Assembly: GCA_052386995.1 (NCBI GenBank)
Contig: JBQTJP010000288.1
Span: forward strand, 1-31,539
DNA length: 31,539 nt
DNA from: Armatimonadota bacterium
GTDB lineage: Bacteria; Sysuimicrobiota; Sysuimicrobiia; Sysuimicrobiales; Humicultoraceae
Reading direction: 5' to 3'
The notes under the pieces are model-generated. The model did not search any database and was not told the DNA's origin. It worked only from the letters and a program-made list of their open reading frames with translations. Shown in pieces: positions 26,498 through 31,539 of the stretch; position 1 is the first letter of the stretch; each line of letters begins with the position of its first letter. A program made the position numbers and the translations under genes.

Positions 26498-27757
26498 TTA
26501 CTCGGAGTTGGGCTTCGATTCCTCGGAGGAGCCGACCGGCTGCGCCGGCTGAGGCGGCTGCTCGCCGCGCGGTTCGACGACCTGCCGCAGCAGCGCGCCG
26601 ACCGCGTCGCCGATGGTCACGCGCCCCTCTTCTTCCTGCGCGCGGAGGTACTCTTTCACGCGCTTGCGTTCTGCTTCTGTCGCCATGCGGCGGAGGCTCA
26701 CCAGCATCCGGCGCTCCTCGGGACGGACATCGGTGATCATCACCTCGACCGGCTGGCCGACGGTGAGCACCTCCTCGATCTTCTGCACCCGCTTCTCCGC
26801 GATCTCGGAGATCGGAAGGAACGCGTCCAGGTCGCGGAGCCGGATGAACGCCCCTGAGGCAACGATCCGCACGACCTTGCCCTTGACCGCCTCGCCGCTA
26901 CGGTACGTGCTGGCCACGTCGGCCCAGGGATCCTCGAGGATCTGCTTGAGGCCCAGCGAGATCTTGCCGCCCTCCCGATCGACGCGCAGCACCTGCACAC
27001 GGAGGTGCTGGTTGCGGCGCACCACTTCGGAAGGATGGCGGATGTAGGTCCAGGCCATCTCGCTGATCGGGAGGAGCGCGTCGATCCCGCCCAGATCCAC
27101 AAACGCCCCGAAGTCGGTGATGCGCTTCACGGTGCCTTCGACAATCGCGCCCTCTTCCAACGACGTGAGGACCTCGTGGCGGCGATTGCGACGGTCTTCC
27201 TCCACGGCCAGCCGGTGCGAGAGGATGACCCGGCCCTTGCCCCGGTCGACCTCGATAACTTTAAGAGGAATGGACTGCCCCACGAACCACTCGAACCGGC
27301 GTCCCTTGGCCTGGGAGAGATCAACGTGCGAACCCGGCACGAATCCGCGCAGGCCGATGTCGACGACGAGGCCGCCTTTGACCTTGTCCACCACCATGGC
27401 ATGGATGACACGGCCGGCCTGCTGCGCCTCGATGACGCGATCCCAGGCGCGCACGAAGTCGGCCCGCTTCTTGCTGAGGAGGATGTTGCCCTCTTCGCCG
27501 TCCACGCGCATCACCATGACGTCGATGCGATCCCCTACGGATACTGCCTCCGGCGCGTCGCCGCGCCGCACCATCTCCTTCGGAGGAATCAGTCCCTCGG
27601 ATTTGGCGCCAACGTCAACCAGGATGCCCTCGGTGTCTACGCGCACGACCGTGCCCCGCACGATCTGTCGCTCCTGCAGGGTGGGCACGGCTTCGGAGAG
27701 ATCCACGGCCTCGCCCTTGGGCGCCTGGTCGTTCTGCCTATTTCCATCTTCGGCCAC
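26498..27757 (-). CDS. rpsA: 30S ribosomal protein S1 (four S1 domains)
   Basis: VDVGAKSEGLIP, LLSKKRA, KVKGGLVVDIGLRGFVPGS, ITDFGAFVDLGG, KISLGLKQ and a TIGD tail. Start uncertain (GTG 27757 or TTG 27799). Confidence 0.93.
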   Translation of the reverse strand: MAEDGNRQNDQAPKGEAVDLSEAVPTLQERQIVRGTVVRVDTEGILVDVGAKSEGLIPPKEMVRRGDAPEAVSVGDRIDVMVMRVDGEEGNILLSKKRADFVRAWDRVIEAQQAGRVIHAMVVDKVKGGLVVDIGLRGFVPGSHVDLSQAKGRRFEWFVGQSIPLKVIEVDRGKGRVILSHRLAVEEDRRNRRHEVLTSLEEGAIVEGTVKRITDFGAFVDLGGIDALLPISEMAWTYIRHPSEVVRRNQHLRVQVLRVDREGGKISLGLKQILEDPWADVASTYRSGEAVKGKVVRIVASGAFIRLRDLDAFLPISEIAEKRVQKIEEVLTVGQPVEVMITDVRPEERRMLVSLRRMATEAERKRVKEYLRAQEEEGRVTIGDAVGALLRQVVEPRGEQPPQPAQPVGSSEESKPNSE

Positions 27758-27825
27758 AGCGCAACGGTCTTCGCCGCCCCCCAAGGGTTTCCTCCCCAAG
27801 CGGGCAGGTGGGCCGAACAGACACT

Positions 27826-28140
27826 CTAAGGAAGTTCCAGAGCGAACTTGATCGCCTGCTCTAGGGCTTGGAGCTTTGCAGGAGCAAGAGCCGTCAGATA
27901 CTCGTCCAACCAGGCTTTCGGGACGGTCGCTATCGCGTCCGCGTTGGCCACGCTCTTCTTGGGGATCCCGTCCTCAGGCCCAAGGGGCACTTCCACGGCT
28001 ATCTTCCGAACAGTCTGCGTCAGGGGTACCACCGAGACGGCAGCGCGGACGCGGTAGGCCTGATTCCGCGACACCAGCACCGCAGGCCGCCGACCAATGG
28101 GATGGGGAAATCGGATCCACCATACCTCTCCCCGTTTCAC
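27826..28140 (-). CDS. PemK/MazF family toxin
   Basis: KRGEVWW, RRPAVLVSR, VVPLT, EVPLGPEDG and SVANAD. GTG 28140 overlaps the antitoxin stop. Confidence 0.92.
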   Translation of the reverse strand: MKRGEVWWIRFPHPIGRRPAVLVSRNQAYRVRAAVSVVPLTQTVRKIAVEVPLGPEDGIPKKSVANADAIATVPKAWLDEYLTALAPAKLQALEQAIKFALELP

Positions 28141-28385
28141 TCCCAATCCTCCGGCTCGAGTGCGGCTGCTGTCGCTTTGGCGAGAAACTGCACATCCTCC
28201 ATTCGTTCCGGCTTCTTTCGGTAACCGTCCTCATAGGCGCGGATCACCCGATGTCGCCCCTGCTCCGCCAGGTATACCGCAATCGCCCGCTGGATCACCC
28301 GGCTACGAGGAATCCGCTGCCTGCGGCGGATCCGCTCGATGGCCTCGGCCTGAGCGTCGGGGAGGCTGATGGCTACTTTTTTCAT
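28137..28385 (-). CDS. Ribbon-helix-helix (CopG-like) antitoxin
   Basis: MKKVAISLPD...PRSRVIQRAIAVYL RHH pattern, YEDGY and a C-terminal EDWE; coupled to a MazF-like toxin. Confidence 0.88.
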   Translation of the reverse strand: MKKVAISLPDAQAEAIERIRRRQRIPRSRVIQRAIAVYLAEQGRHRVIRAYEDGYRKKPERMEDVQFLAKATAAALEPEDWE

Positions 28386-28423
28386 ACCAAGATCATACTA
28401 TCCCGGGGTGTGCCTCCTGTCAA
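28381..28423 (-). promoter_or_regulatory. Promoter of the RHH-MazF TA operon with GTATGA direct repeats
   Basis: TTGACA(28423-28418)-N17-TAGTAT(28400-28395), 9 nt from the ATG at 28385 with no SD. GTATGA occurs over the -10 and over the start codon. Confidence 0.75.
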
Positions 28424-28455
28424 ACAAGGGCGGCTCTCCACATCCGAGCGCCTTC

Positions 28456-29514
28456 CTAGATCCTCCAGTGGGCGAGGAGCAAACTGCGCACCGCGCGGAT
28501 GCGGCCGCGAATGGCCGCGCGCGAGGCTTCCCGAGCCGCACGGGCAGGACCCCCGGGAGCGGCGGGACCAGGCTGCGGCGCCGGGCGCCCGGCCAGGACC
28601 GTGAGCGTCGCGACGACCGACTCCCCCAGCGCCGCAAGATCGTAGCCGCCCTCGAGCACGCCCAGCACAAGCGCGTCGATCGCCCTCGCCCCGCCGTCGA
28701 GCAGATGCGCGAGCCGGCCGAACCCCGCTGTGCTCACCACCATCCCACCGAGGGGATCGTCCTCGTGGGCATCGTAGCCGGCTGAGATGATCACCAGTTC
28801 CGGCCGGTACGCCGAGACGAGCGGAAGCACAATCTCTTCGAACACATCGGTGTACCCGCCGTCGCCGGTTTCCGCCGGCAGCGGCACGTTCACCGTGAAC
28901 CCCTCACCCGGGCCCTCGCCGATCTCCTCGATGGCCCCGGTGCCAGGGTACCAGTACTCCTGATGCAGCGAGACATACAGGACCGATGGATCGCGCCAGA
29001 AGATGGCCTGCGTGCCGTTGCCGTGATGGACGTCCCAGTCGACGACCATGACCCGCGCGAGCCCCGCGCGGCGCGCCGCTGCGGCGGCGATCGCGGCGTT
29101 GTTGAACAGGCAGAACCCCATGCCCCGGTCGGGCAGCGCGTGATGTCCCGGCGGCCGGACCGCCACGAACGCCCGGCCGACCTGCCGGGTGCACAGGGCC
29201 TCGGCCGCCTGCTGGGCCGCACCTGCCGCGTGCAGCGCCGCCACATCGGATTGCGCGCTGACCGCGGTGTCCGGATCGAGCCATCCACCGCCGTCCTTCG
29301 CGATCCGCTCGATTGTGGCAACGTACGCCGACGCGTGCGCGGACGTCAGCAGCTCCCGATCGACCTGCGGGCTCTCCACCCACGTGACCGTCTCTGCGAG
29401 ATCGCTCGCGTCGATGGCCTGCCGGATCGCGCGCAGGCGCTGCGGCCGCTCAGGATGTCCTGGACCGGTCAGATGACGTTCACAGACGGGATGTGTATAC
29501 AGCGGAACGTTCAC
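28456..29514 (-). CDS. Histone deacetylase family (Zn-dependent) deacetylase
   Basis: HPERPQRL, RPPGHHA, GFCLFNN, DWDVHHGNGT, SAGYDAH and LEGGY. GTGA overlap with rpe. Confidence 0.95.
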   Translation of the reverse strand: MNVPLYTHPVCERHLTGPGHPERPQRLRAIRQAIDASDLAETVTWVESPQVDRELLTSAHASAYVATIERIAKDGGGWLDPDTAVSAQSDVAALHAAGAAQQAAEALCTRQVGRAFVAVRPPGHHALPDRGMGFCLFNNAAIAAAAARRAGLARVMVVDWDVHHGNGTQAIFWRDPSVLYVSLHQEYWYPGTGAIEEIGEGPGEGFTVNVPLPAETGDGGYTDVFEEIVLPLVSAYRPELVIISAGYDAHEDDPLGGMVVSTAGFGRLAHLLDGGARAIDALVLGVLEGGYDLAALGESVVATLTVLAGRPAPQPGPAAPGGPARAAREASRAAIRGRIRAVRSLLLAHWRI

Positions 29515-30188
29515 GGACCGGCGGCGGCCCGCAACCTGGCGGTCCCGGCCTCGATGCCGTCGGGAGACGCGAAGATCGTCGACGCCGCCACCAGCACGTC
29601 GGCGCCTGCCGCCACGGCCTTACCCGCGGTCTGCGGCGAGATCCCGCCGTCGATCGCGATCCAGATCGGCCGGTCGGTCAGCAACGTCCGCAGCCGACCG
29701 ATCTTGGGCAGGACCTCCGGGAGAAACGGCTGTCCAGCGTAGCCGGGATTGACACTCATGACGAGCACGAAGTCGAGCGCATCGGCGAGCCACACACAGT
29801 CTTCGGGCGCTGTGCCGGGGTTGAGCGCCACGCCGGCCTGCGCACCCTGCGCGCGGATCTGCGCGAGGGCGCGGTGCGGATGCGGCGTGGCTTCGACGTG
29901 GATCGAGATGCTCGCGGCGCCGGCGCGGGCGAATGCCTCAATGTGCTTCTCGGGCTCGACGATCATCAGGTGGACATCGAGCGGCAGCGCGGTCACCCGT
30001 TTCAGCGCTTCGACGACCACAGGACCCATCGTGATCGGCGGGACAAAGCGCCCGTCCATGACATCTACGTGTATCGCGTCCGCGCCGCCCCGCTCGACGG
30101 CGCGCACGGCTCCACCCAGATCGGCGAAGTCCGCGCTCAAGATGCTGGCGGCGATGCGGACGCGGCCCATGCGACCGGGGGCTGTCAC
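29511..30188 (-). CDS. rpe: Ribulose-phosphate 3-epimerase
   Basis: SILSADF, HVDVMDGRFVP, DVHLMI, VMSVNPG and IDGGI. GTG 30188 overlaps the kinase stop (alternative ATG 30170). Confidence 0.97.
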   Translation of the reverse strand: MTAPGRMGRVRIAASILSADFADLGGAVRAVERGGADAIHVDVMDGRFVPPITMGPVVVEALKRVTALPLDVHLMIVEPEKHIEAFARAGAASISIHVEATPHPHRALAQIRAQGAQAGVALNPGTAPEDCVWLADALDFVLVMSVNPGYAGQPFLPEVLPKIGRLRTLLTDRPIWIAIDGGISPQTAGKAVAAGADVLVAASTIFASPDGIEAGTARLRAAAGP

Positions 30189-31539
30189 GGTCGCACCTCC
30201 TGCACCAGGCGGTTGTCCACGTACACCTGAATGACCGTGAACCCCTTGCTCTCCACGATCTGGTCCACGCGGTCGCCTGGCGCGTGCTCGGACCGGTAGA
30301 TCGTTTTCACACCGCCTTCATCAATGACGACAATCCTGACCTCCTGGGACTTGGGACCCTCGGGCACCACGATTTGGATGCGCGTGCGCCGCAACACACT
30401 CGGAGAGGTCGGCGATGTGGCGCGCGGCGCCGGCGTGGCCACCGACCCCGGTGTGACGCGCGGTGCTGGAGCGCGCGGTGTGGGCGCGGGCCGCGGGGTT
30501 TCCACGACCTGTGGCTCGGCCGTGATCACCGGCGCCTGCGGGGGGGCGCTCTCTTCTCCGGGCCTCGCGCTCACCGTCAGGGTAATCGTGACCTGGCCCG
30601 CGCGAACTTTCGCCCCGGCCGTGGGGCTCTGCTCGATCACGACCCCGGGCTCAACCTCCGTGGACGCGACCGTGCGCAGGTACGTGATGGTAAGGCTTCG
30701 CTCGTCCAGCAGGCGGCGCGCGGCCTCGAGCCTCCGGCCGACCAGGGACGGCATATCGATCTGCGTCGGACCGCGGCTGATGACGAGGGTCACAGGGCTG
30801 TCGATCCCCACGCGCGATCCTGCCGCGGGATCTTGACGGAGGACGGCGCCGGGTTTGACGACGTCGTCGTATGCCTCCTGCAATTTGCCGGTCTTGAGCC
30901 GCGCGGTATCCAGCGCGAGCTGTGCCTGTTGCAGGCTCTGCTGCACCAGATCAGGCACGGCGACCAGCTGCGTACCGAGGCTGACCGCGACGCCCAGACG
31001 CCTGCCCTGCTTGACGCGCTTGCCCGGAGGTTGATCTTGGGACATCACGATGTCCTGCGGGACGGTCGTGGAGTAGGAGCGCTCGATGACTTCCAGCGCC
31101 AGCCCCGACTGCCGCGCGATTTCCGTGGCCTGCGGCAGCGTGCGGCCCACCACCTTGGGGACCTCGACCTCGGACACATTCAAATACGCGCTGACCGCCT
31201 GCCAGCCGGTCCACAGTCCGAGCATGACGGCCGCCAGCAACACGACGGCGATGCGTGTCGAGTAGAGGCGGATGCGGCTGCGCGCGGTCCCGGCACCCGC
31301 GTCCTCCTCATCCTCTTCCATCTCGAACATCCGGGTCGTGTCCTCGGTATCCAGCAGCTGAGTCCAGTAGTCGGTCTCACCTGCCAAATCGGTCGCCATG
31401 TCATGCGCCGAGCTGTAACGATCTTCGCTGCGCTTGGCCGTGGCTCTTTGAATGATGCCCTCCAGCCGGCGCGGCACCGACGGCTCGATCTCGCGCGCCC
31501 GCGGCAGGATGTCGTGGAGATGCTTGAGCGCAATGGCGA
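30185..31539 (-). CDS. prkC: PASTA-domain Ser/Thr kinase (PrkC/PknB/Stk1 type), C-terminal part; 5' end outside the window
   Basis: Frame is open to the window edge. Kinase C-lobe IALKHLHD...IIQRATAK...RY, a TM helix, three PASTA repeats (VPKVVG, VPDLV, MPSLVG), a Pro-rich linker and a C-terminal beta domain. Confidence 0.9.
   Translation of the reverse strand, partial: AIALKHLHDILPRAREIEPSVPRRLEGIIQRATAKRSEDRYSSAHDMATDLAGETDYWTQLLDTEDTTRMFEMEEDEEDAGAGTARSRIRLYSTRIAVVLLAAVMLGLWTGWQAVSAYLNVSEVEVPKVVGRTLPQATEIARQSGLALEVIERSYSTTVPQDIVMSQDQPPGKRVKQGRRLGVAVSLGTQLVAVPDLVQQSLQQAQLALDTARLKTGKLQEAYDDVVKPGAVLRQDPAAGSRVGIDSPVTLVISRGPTQIDMPSLVGRRLEAARRLLDERSLTITYLRTVASTEVEPGVVIEQSPTAGAKVRAGQVTITLTVSARPGEESAPPQAPVITAEPQVVETPRPAPTPRAPAPRVTPGSVATPAPRATSPTSPSVLRRTRIQIVVPEGPKSQEVRIVVIDEGGVKTIYRSEHAPGDRVDQIVESKGFTVIQVYVDNRLVQEVRP

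Overview
GC-rich bacterial chromosomal core region with Firmicutes/Terrabacteria-like gene order. The taxon cannot be fixed from sequence alone; an Armatimonadota-like or candidate phylum is a guess. Most genes are on the minus strand, in transcription order: PASTA Ser/Thr kinase (partial), rpe, HDAC-family deacetylase, RHH/MazF-type toxin-antitoxin pair, rpsA, tRNA-Pro(CGG), DUF402, GT4 glycosyltransferase, smc, ftsY, a YlxM-methyltransferase fusion, ffh, a 105-bp tandem repeat, rpsP, khpA, ylqD, trmD, rplS, lepB, rnhB, AbrB/MazF-type toxin-antitoxin pair, an internally deleted GNAT, yraN, then comM/yifB, dprA, topA and xerC (partial). A plus-strand coproporphyrin-dependent heme operon (hemC, hemD, hemB, chdC, hemE, cgoX/hemY) sits between yraN and comM. 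It is headed by a BldC/MerR-like HTH protein with a His-rich, possibly globin-like C-terminal domain, and is preceded by roughly 10-bp-phased direct repeats. This candidate heme-sensing regulatory module is the best lead for an undescribed system. Other leads are the YlxM-RsmC/YbxB-like fusion with a perfect TTGACA inverted repeat just downstream of its promoter, the 105-bp repeat array between ffh and rpsP, and the absence of rimM and rsgA from their usual loci. All family assignments come from recognising motifs by eye; no database searches were run.
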